Source: an uncultured Clostridia bacterium
GTDB lineage: Bacteria; Bacillota; Clostridia; TANB77; CAG-508
NCBI GenBank assembly: GCA_944393375.1
Contig: CALXZX010000001.1
Span: forward strand, 6,988 to 70,987
Length of the DNA: 64,000 bases
Direction: 5' to 3'
A program made the translations under genes and the position numbers. Below, piece by piece: positions 19,144 to 28,893 of the stretch (its first letter is position 1; each line of letters starts with the position of its first letter). The notes beneath the pieces are model-generated. The model made no database searches and was not told the DNA's origin. It saw nothing but the letters and a program-made list of their open reading frames with translations.

Positions 19144-21108
19144 TTAATTATTTTCAATTAATTTTTCTAATTCCTTTATTTTATCACGTAATTCAGCAGC
19201 TTTTTCAAATTCCATTTCAGCTGCATATTTTAACATTTCGTCTGTTAATTTTGTAATCGTGTCTTTGATGTCTTCTTCTTTTTCTAGCTTATATTCTACT
19301 CCTATATCATCTGTAATCGTTACTCTAATAGAATCACGTACAGATTTTCTAATCGTTTTAGGTGTTATATGATGTTCTTTGTTATATGCTTCTTGGATTC
19401 TTCTCCTTCTATTGGTTTCTGAAATGGCTTTTTCCATACTTTCTGTTAATTCATCTGCATACATAATAACGGTACCATCTGTATTTCTTGCTGCCCTTCC
19501 AATAGTTTGGATTAAAGACCTTTCTGAACGTAAAAATCCTTCTTTATCTGCATCTAATATCGCAACTAAAGATACTTCTGGAATGTCTAAACCTTCTCTT
19601 AATAAGTTAATACCAACTAAAACATCAAATTCACCTAATCTCAAATTTCGAATAATTTCCATTCTCTCTAATGTTTTGGTATCAGAATGCATGTATGTAA
19701 CTTTAATATCTAATTCTTTTAAATAATCTGTTAAATCTTCTGCCATTTTCTTTGTTAATGTTGTTACCAAAACCCTTTCATTTTTTTCTACTCTAATACG
19801 AATTTGTTCTAATAGGTCATCTATTTGATTTGTAACTGGTTTTACCTCTATCTTAGGGTCTAATAATCCAGTTGGTCTAATAATTTGTTCTACAATATTT
19901 TCTTTACTATGTTCTTTTTCATAATCTCCTGGTGTAGCACTTACAAATATAACTTGATTTAATTTTTTCTCAAATTCTTCAAATGTTAATGGTCTATTGT
20001 CAAATGCAGAAGGTAATCGAAATCCATAATTTACTAAAGATTCTTTTCTTGAATGGTCTCCATTATACATGGCTCTTACTTGTGGAATTGTCGCATGAGA
20101 TTCATCTATTAACAATAGGAAATCTTTTGGAAAATAATCAAACAATGTATATGGTGGGCTTCCTGGCTTTCTGCCACTAATATGTCTAGAATAGTTTTCA
20201 ATTCCAGAGCAAAATCCAGTTTCCTTCATCATTTCAATATCAAAATTGGTTCTTTCTTCTATTCTTTGTGCTTCTATTAATTTATTATGGTCTTTAAAAT
20301 ATTTAATTCTTTCTTCTAATTCTTCTTCAATGGTAGTAATGGCTCTTTCCATCTTATTTTTTGTCGTTACATAGTGAGATGCTGGAGAAATCAAAACATG
20401 TCTTCTAGTTCCAATTGTTTTTCCTGTTAATGGATTAATTTCTACTAATTTTTCGATTTCATCACCCCAAAATTCTACTCTAATAGCAGATTCAGATTGG
20501 TCAGAAGGGTAAATTTCAACAATATCTCCTTTTGCTCTGAAAGTTCCTCTTTTGAAATCGATTTCATTTCTCGTATATTGCATAGTGATTAATTTCCTTA
20601 AGACCTCATCTCTGCCTTTTTGCATTCCTGGTCTTAAAGATAGCATCATTTCTTGATAATCTTCTGGATCACCTAAACCATAAATACAAGAAACAGAAGC
20701 TACAATAATAACATCTCTTGTTTCAAATAAAGATAATGTTGCTGAATGTCTAAGTTTATCTATCTCATCATTAACAGAGGAATCTTTTTCTATATAGGTA
20801 TCTGATTGTGGGATATAGCTTTCTGGTTGGTAATAATCGTAATATGACACAAAATATTCCACATTGTTTTCTGGAAAAAACTCTTTGAACTCAGAATAAA
20901 GTTGTCCTGCTAATGTTTTATTATGTGCTAATACAAGTGTTGGCTTTTGTACCTTTTGAATGATATTTGCCATTGTAAATGTTTTTCCAGAACCTGTAAC
21001 ACCAAGTAAAGTCTGAAATTTCTTTCCTTCTTCTATGCCTTTTGATAAATATTCAATTGCTTGTGGTTGGTCACCTGTTGGTTTATATTCTGAATGTAAT
21101 TTAAACAT
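19144..21108 (-). CDS. uvrB: Excinuclease ABC subunit B
   Basis: 654 aa; [10 protein letters not shown] Walker A, helicase motifs, C-terminal UVR domain. Confidence 0.95.
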   Translation of the reverse strand: MFKLHSEYKPTGDQPQAIEYLSKGIEEGKKFQTLLGVTGSGKTFTMANIIQKVQKPTLVLAHNKTLAGQLYSEFKEFFPENNVEYFVSYYDYYQPESYIPQSDTYIEKDSSVNDEIDKLRHSATLSLFETRDVIIVASVSCIYGLGDPEDYQEMMLSLRPGMQKGRDEVLRKLITMQYTRNEIDFKRGTFRAKGDIVEIYPSDQSESAIRVEFWGDEIEKLVEINPLTGKTIGTRRHVLISPASHYVTTKNKMERAITTIEEELEERIKYFKDHNKLIEAQRIEERTNFDIEMMKETGFCSGIENYSRHISGRKPGSPPYTLFDYFPKDFLLLIDESHATIPQVRAMYNGDHSRKESLVNYGFRLPSAFDNRPLTFEEFEKKLNQVIFVSATPGDYEKEHSKENIVEQIIRPTGLLDPKIEVKPVTNQIDDLLEQIRIRVEKNERVLVTTLTKKMAEDLTDYLKELDIKVTYMHSDTKTLERMEIIRNLRLGEFDVLVGINLLREGLDIPEVSLVAILDADKEGFLRSERSLIQTIGRAARNTDGTVIMYADELTESMEKAISETNRRRRIQEAYNKEHHITPKTIRKSVRDSIRVTITDDIGVEYKLEKEEDIKDTITKLTDEMLKYAAEMEFEKAAELRDKIKELEKLIENN

Positions 21109-21200
21109 ATTTCCTCCTTGAAATTTATGTTTTCATTTAAAGTATATCAAAAAAGATGGACTTTGTGAATATTTTGTTTACATATTATCTGTTGGTAGAA

Positions 21201-21812
21201 TTAATATTCGTCTATTGCTCTTAAACTTTCTAATATTTTAGATATTTTTTCTTTTACTTGATGTCCCGTTACATGGTATGCATGTATGCCGTTTCTGATA
21301 GCACTATCAATATTTTCTTTATTATCATCAAAAAAGTAAAGATCTTCTGATTTTGTTTTAAGTATATCTATCACATATTGATAAATATCATCATCTGGTT
21401 TCATCATATGCAATTTATATGATAAAAACATTTCATCAAATAGAGATGTATCAAAGTTTTGCTTCAACTTTTTATAATCAATTTCTTTTAGATTTGATAA
21501 TAAGCATACTTTATATTTTAATTTTTTTAGATAGTTTATTGTATCAATTGTATCTTGATAAAATTCATCATTATTTATATACATATCTTCAAATTCATCT
21601 AGAGTTATATCTTTATTCATATATTGTTTTAAATACTCAAAAAAATCTTTAGTGGTTATCTCTCCTTTATGTGCTTTTATTGCTTCTTCACTGAAATTAA
21701 ATTTTTTGACAAATTCATCAAAATTTATCTTCCAATTTATTTGGTCATATAATCTTCTTATATTCATTGGTACAGAAAGTACTCCACCTAAATCAAAAAC
21801 AAAGTATTTCAT
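21201..21812 (-). CDS. HAD-superfamily hydrolase
   Basis: MKYFVFDLGGVL motif I, 203 aa. Confidence 0.7.
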   Translation of the reverse strand: MKYFVFDLGGVLSVPMNIRRLYDQINWKINFDEFVKKFNFSEEAIKAHKGEITTKDFFEYLKQYMNKDITLDEFEDMYINNDEFYQDTIDTINYLKKLKYKVCLLSNLKEIDYKKLKQNFDTSLFDEMFLSYKLHMMKPDDDIYQYVIDILKTKSEDLYFFDDNKENIDSAIRNGIHAYHVTGHQVKEKISKILESLRAIDEY

Positions 21813-21949
21813 TTTTTATTCTCCCTTCATTTTGCAATGATGTTTCATATAACTCTCTTGTCTATTTCTTAAATTTTATCATAATAATAAAAAATTGCAA
21901 CCAGCTTTATATAAAAGGTTACAATTTTAAACTTTAATATTTATATTTT

Positions 21950-22480
21950 TTACTTTATCCAATTTTGAACTCTACCTTTTGCCTCATATACCATACTTCC
22001 TTGAATAGCTAAACTATCTAATACAGTTGCACCTTTACATATCTTTTTTACATCTGATACAACAGTTCCTAATCCTGAACCTTCATGTGTGGTAAATACT
22101 TTTATCATTTTTCCTGTGAAATCTAATTTTTCCAATTGTGTAAACATACTCATTGGCATAGTTCCCCAATAAATTGGTGACCCTATATATATCACTTCAT
22201 ATTCTGAAATGTCCTCTAAATATTTTTTTAACTCCGGTCTTGCATTTTGTCTTTTTTCTTCTAAAGCTTCATCACAACAAGCTTTATAATTTTTAGAATA
22301 TGGTTTTACTGGTTCTACCTTAAATAAATCTGCTCCTGTTAACTCTTGTATATATTCTGCAATAACCTCTGTATTTCCTTTTTCAATATTTCCAACTGCA
22401 TAATTTTCATCTGCTCTTGAAAAATAAATAACTAAACTTTTCTTTCCTTTTACACTTTCTTTATTTCCAAATAAAGACAT
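21950..22480 (-). CDS. Flavodoxin-family protein
   Basis: SLVIYFSRADENY...YIGSPIYWGTMP pattern. Confidence 0.7.
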   Translation of the reverse strand: MSLFGNKESVKGKKSLVIYFSRADENYAVGNIEKGNTEVIAEYIQELTGADLFKVEPVKPYSKNYKACCDEALEEKRQNARPELKKYLEDISEYEVIYIGSPIYWGTMPMSMFTQLEKLDFTGKMIKVFTTHEGSGLGTVVSDVKKICKGATVLDSLAIQGSMVYEAKGRVQNWIK

Positions 22481-22547
22481 TATTTCTCCCTCCTTCTTTC
22501 TCTTATTTCATTTTTAGAAATGTGTTTCAATCTATATCTAGAAATTT

Positions 22548-23240
22548 TTAATTATTTTCTGGTTTTAATGGTCCATAGAAATATGATGCTGTTGCTCCAC
22601 CATCAATTAAGAAGTCGGCTCCTGTTATAAAAGCTCCTTTGTCTGTCATTAGCAATTCTGCTACATTTGCTACTTCGTCTGCTGTTCCTGGTCTACCTGC
22701 TGGGCATTTGGCAAACATATTCTTGTAAAAGTCTCCACGAATTCCATTAAACTCATCAATAGCAAGAGGTGTTACAATAATTCCTGGTGATATAGAATTT
22801 ATTCTGGCTCCTCTTTCACCCCATTTTACAGATTCTGCCATAACTCTTTTTTCATTACATCTTTTTGCTAATTGATAAGCATGTAATGTATCTTTTATAT
22901 TTTCTGGTTGTAATACATCTAAATTTAATAATTCTTCTGTTGGTGTAGTTGCTAATTGTTCATCAATCACTGCTCCTAATTGCTCCATTCTATGTCCAGA
23001 TTGAGATGAAATGGTTACACCTGTTCCACCTTTTTTGATTAAATGTAAGATAGATTCTCTTGAAGAAATATCACATTCCATTGGTTCTACATCAAACCCA
23101 GCTTCATTCATAATTTTAGCGATAGCATTTGCATTTTCTATATTTTTATCTCCTACAACAATTTTCTTTCCATATCCTAATCTTCTGGCTATGGCCATTC
23201 CTATTTGACCTGCTCCTGTCCATAAAATAACATCTTTCAT
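22548..23240 (-). CDS. SDR-family oxidoreductase (short variant)
   Basis: 230 aa; Rossmann N-terminus TGAGQIGMAIARRL, YxxxK-like HAYQLAK; RBS gggagg. Confidence 0.55.
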   Translation of the reverse strand: MKDVILWTGAGQIGMAIARRLGYGKKIVVGDKNIENANAIAKIMNEAGFDVEPMECDISSRESILHLIKKGGTGVTISSQSGHRMEQLGAVIDEQLATTPTEELLNLDVLQPENIKDTLHAYQLAKRCNEKRVMAESVKWGERGARINSISPGIIVTPLAIDEFNGIRGDFYKNMFAKCPAGRPGTADEVANVAELLMTDKGAFITGADFLIDGGATASYFYGPLKPENN

Positions 23241-23366
23241 TTTACTTTCCTCCCTATTTATATATTTTTCTATTTAATAAAATTATACACTTCACATTTT
23301 TAAAGAACAATTCCGATTTCTTATTCGTCAGATAAGTTATACTTATCTCAAAAATATAGGAGGAAA

Positions 23367-23392
23367 AAGAGTTTCTGAATTAGAAACTCTTT
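23367..23392 (-). terminator. Intrinsic terminator downstream of membrane flavodoxin gene
   Basis: aaagagtttc-tgaatta-gaaactcttt perfect hairpin followed on minus strand by UUUUU. Confidence 0.5.
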
Positions 23393-23424
23393 ACAATCTA
23401 TTTTAAATTTATATTCTATTTTAT

Positions 23425-24123
23425 TTATTGTATACTCTCTTGTATACTATCTGTCCAATCTTGAATGTCAGAATCTGATGGGTTAGATCTAAAACGATGT
23501 CCTTCTAACCAATTTCCACCATTTGCTTCTTCAGCCAATAATTCTCCACTTTGTCCTAAACCAGATGAAGATGATGTACAGAATGGAATAACTGTTTTTC
23601 CATTAAACTCATTTGCCTTTACAAAAGTATCAACAGGCCATGCAGCAATTCCCCACCAAATAGGGTATCCAATTAATACTGTATCATATTCATCCCAATT
23701 ATCTACTGTAGTAGATTGTAATTCAACATCTCTTAAAGATTCATCTTCATATTCTCTTGTTACTCTTGAATTTTGGTCATTCCAATTTAAATCTTCTGAT
23801 GTATATTCATCTACTGGTACAAGTTCAAAAATATCAGCTCCTAAGTTTTGTGCTATTTGCTGAGCAACAGCTTCTGTATGATTTTGTGCTGAGTAATATA
23901 CAACCAATATTTTGCTACCTATTCCTGTTTCTGTATTTTCTCCCTCTGCTGTATTTGTTGCCTCTCCCGTTTGTGTTTCATTTGTTTCTACTACATTTTC
24001 TTCATTACTATTTGCAATTTGATTTTCATTTTCTTGTGAATTACTATTTGCAAAATATGCAACTGCTACTATTGCAATACATAATATGACAATAATAATT
24101 CCTATAATTACTTTCTTATTCAT
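23425..24123 (-). CDS. Membrane-anchored (predicted extracytoplasmic) flavodoxin-like protein
   Basis: N-terminal signal anchor IIGIIIVILCIAIVAVAYF, Thr/Glu/Asn-rich linker, then flavodoxin fold KILVVYYSAQNHTE...LIGYPIWWG. Confidence 0.6.
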   Translation of the reverse strand: MNKKVIIGIIIVILCIAIVAVAYFANSNSQENENQIANSNEENVVETNETQTGEATNTAEGENTETGIGSKILVVYYSAQNHTEAVAQQIAQNLGADIFELVPVDEYTSEDLNWNDQNSRVTREYEDESLRDVELQSTTVDNWDEYDTVLIGYPIWWGIAAWPVDTFVKANEFNGKTVIPFCTSSSSGLGQSGELLAEEANGGNWLEGHRFRSNPSDSDIQDWTDSIQESIQ

Positions 24124-24162
24124 TTTTTACCTCCTAAAATTTATTTAATATCAATGATATTT

Positions 24163-24196
24163 GTATTATATATGTTTGGAGTTACTCCAAGTCAAT
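24163..24196 (-). promoter_or_regulatory. Sigma-A-type promoter (TTGACT / TATAAT-like) with 15-bp palindrome ttggagt-t-actccaa in the spacer
   Basis: On minus strand TTGACTtggagtaactccaaacaTATATAAT upstream of 23425-24123 gene; motif shared with 26885-26906. Confidence 0.45.
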
Positions 24197-24309
24197 CTCT
24201 TTTTTATAATTTTTTAGTTTTTTATTGTAACACTTATTAAAAGCTTTCTATGTAATGTAAAATTAGAAGAATATAATACAAAAGGGATCCTTTTAAAGAA
24301 TCTCTTTTA

Positions 24310-25218
24310 TTAATGATTTGTTTTAAATTCTTTTTCTAAAATGTTGGCAAATTCTTCTTTTAGAATATTAGTTGTAAGCTTGTTCCAAAAAACATAGTAA
24401 TTTTTTTCTACCGTTTCTCCATTTCTTACAAGTAATATTCTTGAAATTCCATCTTTTGTTTCTTTCATATTTGGCACACCTTCTATTAATAAAAAACCTT
24501 TATTTGCTGCCACTAACATTCTTGCTTCATCTAAAGTTTCTGTAAAAATAAAATTTCCTTTAAATCCTAGTGTATTACCATAATAATCTAACTCGATATC
24601 TTGTTGATTTTTAGAAGAAATAATGATACAAGAAATTTGCTTTAAGTCTTCAAAAGTAACCTCTTTTAACTCATGTAAAGCAAGTTTATTTGATATTTCG
24701 ATATAGGTAGTACTGGTATATAAAAAATGATTAACATATTCTTCTGACAAAGCCCTTCTTTGGTCATTCATAATAAGGTCTAATTTATCATTTTTCATTA
24801 ATTCATATAATTCTTCATGATTTCCTGTTTGTATTTCTATATCAATATTAGGATATATATCTGAAAATTTCATAATTGCTTTATGAACTTCTAACCCACA
24901 ATAATTATTGATATATCCAATTCTTAATATATCATTTTTCTGTGTAGCAATTCTTATCATGGTTTGTTTGATTCTATTTATTTCATCCACCATAAATAAG
25001 CTTTGCTTATAAAAATATTCTCCAGCATTTGTTAAGGTAAAACCTCTATTTTTTCTTTCTAATAATTTAACATCTAACTCATCTTCTAGAGATTTTATTG
25101 CTTGTGAAATAGCAGATTGTGATATATAGTTTTCCTCTGCTGCTTCTGTAAAACTATTATTTTTTACAATAGATATAAAATATTGCATTTGCTTGAAAAT
25201 CATATTCTTTTTCTCCAA
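24310..25218 (-). CDS. LysR-family transcriptional regulator
   Basis: N-terminal HTH FKQMQYFISIVKNNSFTEAAEENYISQSAISQAIKSLE. Confidence 0.85.
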   Translation of the reverse strand: MEKKNMIFKQMQYFISIVKNNSFTEAAEENYISQSAISQAIKSLEDELDVKLLERKNRGFTLTNAGEYFYKQSLFMVDEINRIKQTMIRIATQKNDILRIGYINNYCGLEVHKAIMKFSDIYPNIDIEIQTGNHEELYELMKNDKLDLIMNDQRRALSEEYVNHFLYTSTTYIEISNKLALHELKEVTFEDLKQISCIIISSKNQQDIELDYYGNTLGFKGNFIFTETLDEARMLVAANKGFLLIEGVPNMKETKDGISRILLVRNGETVEKNYYVFWNKLTTNILKEEFANILEKEFKTNH

Positions 25219-25317
25219 TTCTAAAGATTTTTTATTTTTTTACTTTCTTTCTACAGATTGTTCTACTTTCCCTTCTTCAGCTCTTATCTTGTCCACAACC
25301 CCTGATGAAACCATTCT

Positions 25318-26828
25318 TTACTTTATTTCATAAAAATTAACTATACTATTCGTAATTGCTTGTGCATATAAATTACCATTTTCTAAAATATTATCTAAAT
25401 CTTCATCTACATTGATATATCCAAGTTCTACTAAATATCCTTCTACACCTACATTTGAATTTCGATATTCATTGACACCATAAGCTTTATTTGTACCATC
25501 TACATAGGCCCCTGTTGCAATTCCTCCAATTTCTCTTATGATATACAAATATGGAATAGAATCAAATATTCCATTATATGTTTTAAAATAAGAACTACTA
25601 TTTCTATAATTTTGAAGTTCTATTGTTCGAACATACACACCTTCTTCTATTTTATCTGTTTCCATTGTAGAATATTGTGTTCCTGCTGTTCTAACAATAT
25701 TATCTGCCAGCATTTTTGCTAATGTTAAGTTACTATTAGGAGAGGCATAAATTTCAACACCACCATCTACATTATCTGAAAGATTACTATTTAAATGTAA
25801 TGATATAAGAATTTTTGCATGAGATTTATTTGCCATGGTTATTCTTCCGTCTTCATCATAAATATTATACATTGTGTATTCTTCTGATTCTGTTCCATCT
25901 CTTGTTAATAATACTTTTAATCCTATTGCTTCTAACTGTGTTTTTAATTCAAGAGCACAATCTAAAGCAATTTCTGATTCCATATATCTTCCTGATACAG
26001 CTCCTACATCATTTCCACCATGTCCTGGGTCAATGACGACATCATACACATCTTCTGGCAATGCATTTACAGTTGTTATATGAAATCCTAAAATAGGCAT
26101 ATTATGTATTGTTGTAAAATCAATATATATTCTATTATTTGTATGATTTCTTGTTAAAGTATAATATTCTATATTTCCATATTCTGTATCATTAGATAAA
26201 GAATAATATTTGATTTCATTTTCTGAAAATTCAACTTTTAATAAAATATAATAATCTTCAACATTTAAACTTTCTAAATCTAATCCTGTATTAATTTCTT
26301 TCAGTGTAGAAAAAGAAAGCTTATGATTTTCATATGTGTATTCTGTATCTATACCAATTTCTTCTTCTGATGCTGTCTTAGCTATTACTTCTGCAGACTC
26401 TATTGGATTGTCTTCATAAATATCAATCTCTCCTTCTATATTGAAATGGGTGCCATATACAATATATCGATTTATATTTGCATATGCATCAGTTTCAATT
26501 TCATCAATGATTTCATTGATATTGGATAAGAATCAAGAGATGTATGTACATTTTCTATGGCACTACGATTTATATTCTGATTTTCCAATGTATTATGTTG
26601 CCATTCCCATGTTTTTTCTACTTCTTCAGTTGCTTCAGCAACCAATATGTTGTTTTCTTCGTTTGTTGATACTATATTTTCTGTATTAGCTGTGTCGATT
26701 ATATCTGTTGTTTGGTTTGTACTAACACGATTATAGGTATATAGTATTAATGCAATAAGAACAACCAATAGCAATACTGTAATGATTATTTTCTTGGTTG
26801 TTTTCTTTTTGTTGTTTTCATTTTCCAT
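25318..26828 (-). pseudogene. Membrane-anchored N-acetylmuramoyl-L-alanine amidase (Amidase_3), apparently frameshifted
   Basis: C-terminal Amidase_3 domain (VVIDPGHGGNDVGAV...) ORF 25318-26100. Its frame stays stop-free for 144 codons upstream to 26532, with no ATG/GTG/TTG start before the MPILGF Met. A 118-aa ORF (26472-26828; RBS aaggtgg, TM anchor) ends in the overlapping +1 frame. Confidence 0.5.
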
Positions 26829-26884
26829 ATATCATTCCACCTTAAATTAGATTTCCCCTCCATTCCTATTTTTTATATTAGCAT

Positions 26885-26906
26885 TTAGAGTTAGCTCTAA
26901 GTCAAT
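26885..26906 (-). promoter_or_regulatory. Promoter with palindrome ttagag-ttag-ctctaa adjoining -35 TTGACT; paralogous to 24163-24196 element
   Basis: Minus strand TTGACTtagagctaactctaaatgcTAATAT upstream of 26828 start. Confidence 0.4.
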
Positions 26907-27032
26907 AGCTTTTTTAAAAATTTTTTTATATACTCTTTTCTTATTGCAAAAATTTTTATTGTATTTTCATTTTTCCATATAGTAAAAGACAAGAAGCTGT
27001 AATGCTACTTGTCTTAACTATTTTATATTTTA

Positions 27033-28211
27033 TTATTTCTCTACTAATTCACTTACACGTTGTTTTCCATCTACTTTTACATTAAGAAATAGTTTCTTTT
27101 CTAACATAGCTTTATTTATAGCAAATGTTGCCTTCAATCCATTTTCTTCTGATGTTGTACCTAGTGAGGTTGGATAATATGTATTTCCTTCCCCATCTGT
27201 TATATAAATCATTTCTTTTTGTACTTTTTCCCATTCTTCAGTTTCCATATTCATTCCGGTCATAATTGTATTTCTTATATCTTCTGATTGAAATTGAATA
27301 ACTAGTCCTGTTTCTGTAAGAGACATTTTATTCATTTTTACTTCTGGTATTCCTTCTTTTAACTGTAACTGTGTTGTTTGCCTTTCGTAAAATTTCTCAG
27401 GCACTTCAATTTCAAAAATCCATTCAGCATCACTAATATCAAAATTTTCTTCATAATATTTACCTTCTGATGGATCTATATCTCTCATTGTATATCCTAA
27501 TTCAAAAATACGTATATATATTTTTTTACTTCGTGGAAATCCTTTTGTAGAATTCATTGTAAATCCAGATACAATTTCTCTGTCTTCTGCACGAATATTT
27601 CCACAACTAGCACTATCACTGTATTGTATAGAAAAAATATCTTTTTTATTATATTTTACCCCTAAATCTTCATAAATGTACTTTCTATAATTTCCATATG
27701 GATTTTTCTTGTCATCCTGATAAGTTCTTTCAGAAATTCCATATATGTTGTTTTCATCATCATAAACAGCAAAGCCAAACTCAAATGTTTCTGAATTTAA
27801 TTGGATTCCTTCATCAAATATAAAGTGAATATTTGCCTCAAAATGGTCATCTGATAAGATTAATGAATCCACTTTTGCACTAATTCCATCTTGTTTGACA
27901 TAGCCCATATCAATCACTTCGTTATATCCAGATTCAATCGCTTGTTGAATAATTCCCGAACCTGTTGCATATTCCCTGTTTTGATATTCTTTAAATTCAA
28001 TATCCCATTGGATTTTTGCATAAATTTGTGTTGATAACACACCTACTAATATAACGGCAATAAACATAGCTGCTATATTTAATACCTTTTTCTTCTTACT
28101 TTTCATCTTACCCACTTCTTTCTTAGTTTTAGAAAGAATTGCTTCGTAATTTGAATCTATATTATATATTTCTTCTGTGTATTCTTTAAAAGTTTTGTTA
28201 ATCATTTTCAA
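27033..28211 (-). CDS. Putative anti-sigma factor (single-pass membrane protein; RsiV/DUF4179-like architecture)
   Basis: Short cytoplasmic N-term, TM LNIAAMFIAVILVGVL, large extracytoplasmic domain; start overlaps sigma gene stop by 14 nt (translational coupling). Confidence 0.5.
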   Translation of the reverse strand: MKMINKTFKEYTEEIYNIDSNYEAILSKTKKEVGKMKSKKKKVLNIAAMFIAVILVGVLSTQIYAKIQWDIEFKEYQNREYATGSGIIQQAIESGYNEVIDMGYVKQDGISAKVDSLILSDDHFEANIHFIFDEGIQLNSETFEFGFAVYDDENNIYGISERTYQDDKKNPYGNYRKYIYEDLGVKYNKKDIFSIQYSDSASCGNIRAEDREIVSGFTMNSTKGFPRSKKIYIRIFELGYTMRDIDPSEGKYYEENFDISDAEWIFEIEVPEKFYERQTTQLQLKEGIPEVKMNKMSLTETGLVIQFQSEDIRNTIMTGMNMETEEWEKVQKEMIYITDGEGNTYYPTSLGTTSEENGLKATFAINKAMLEKKLFLNVKVDGKQRVSELVEK

Positions 28212-28740
28212 TCACTTCCTTTCCTAGAAAATTTTTTAATTCTTTTAATGTTCTAAAAATTCTGTTTTTTACATTTGATTCGTTCAATTGTAATTCTTTT
28301 GCTATCTCTGAAATTTTTAGTCCAAATGAGAAATATAAATAAAATATTTTTGCTGTTATCATATCTTTATTTTTTACGTATTCCCAAACCGTTTTTACAT
28401 TATCTTTTGTGATAATTTCTTGTTCCAAGTCAAAATCATCTTTTACTTCTATATTTTCATCTTCTTTTTCTTGATAATATATTACTTTGTTATGTTTCAT
28501 ACTTTTATGATAATGTCTTTTAATAATATTATTGGCAATTCCTAAAATATATTGATTTATATGTTCTATTTTTAATATCTTCTTTTTCTTAATAAGTAAT
28601 AATAATTCCAAATATGTATCTTGAAGAATATCATTGATATCATCTATATTATGGCATTTGATAACAATAAACTTTAAAGTTGTTTGATAACTGTTTCTAT
28701 AAATTTCTTTAAAATTTTCTTCCTTTATTTGTGCACACAT
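28198..28740 (-). CDS. ECF-type sigma-70 family RNA polymerase sigma factor
   Basis: Region 2 DILQDTYLEL and region 4 HTH LKISEIAKELQLNESNVKNRIFRTLKEL. Confidence 0.8.
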   Translation of the reverse strand: MCAQIKEENFKEIYRNSYQTTLKFIVIKCHNIDDINDILQDTYLELLLLIKKKKILKIEHINQYILGIANNIIKRHYHKSMKHNKVIYYQEKEDENIEVKDDFDLEQEIITKDNVKTVWEYVKNKDMITAKIFYLYFSFGLKISEIAKELQLNESNVKNRIFRTLKELKNFLGKEVIEND

Positions 28741-28893
28741 TTGTATACCCCCTTTACTATATAGTCATATTATATCGTAAAAAAGTTTCAAAAAAATATA
28801 AAAAGAGAAAAAATCTGAATAAAAATTATTCAAATTCTTTCTCTTGGTCTTATTATATAGAAATCTTTATTTCATTAGTATATGTATACATTT

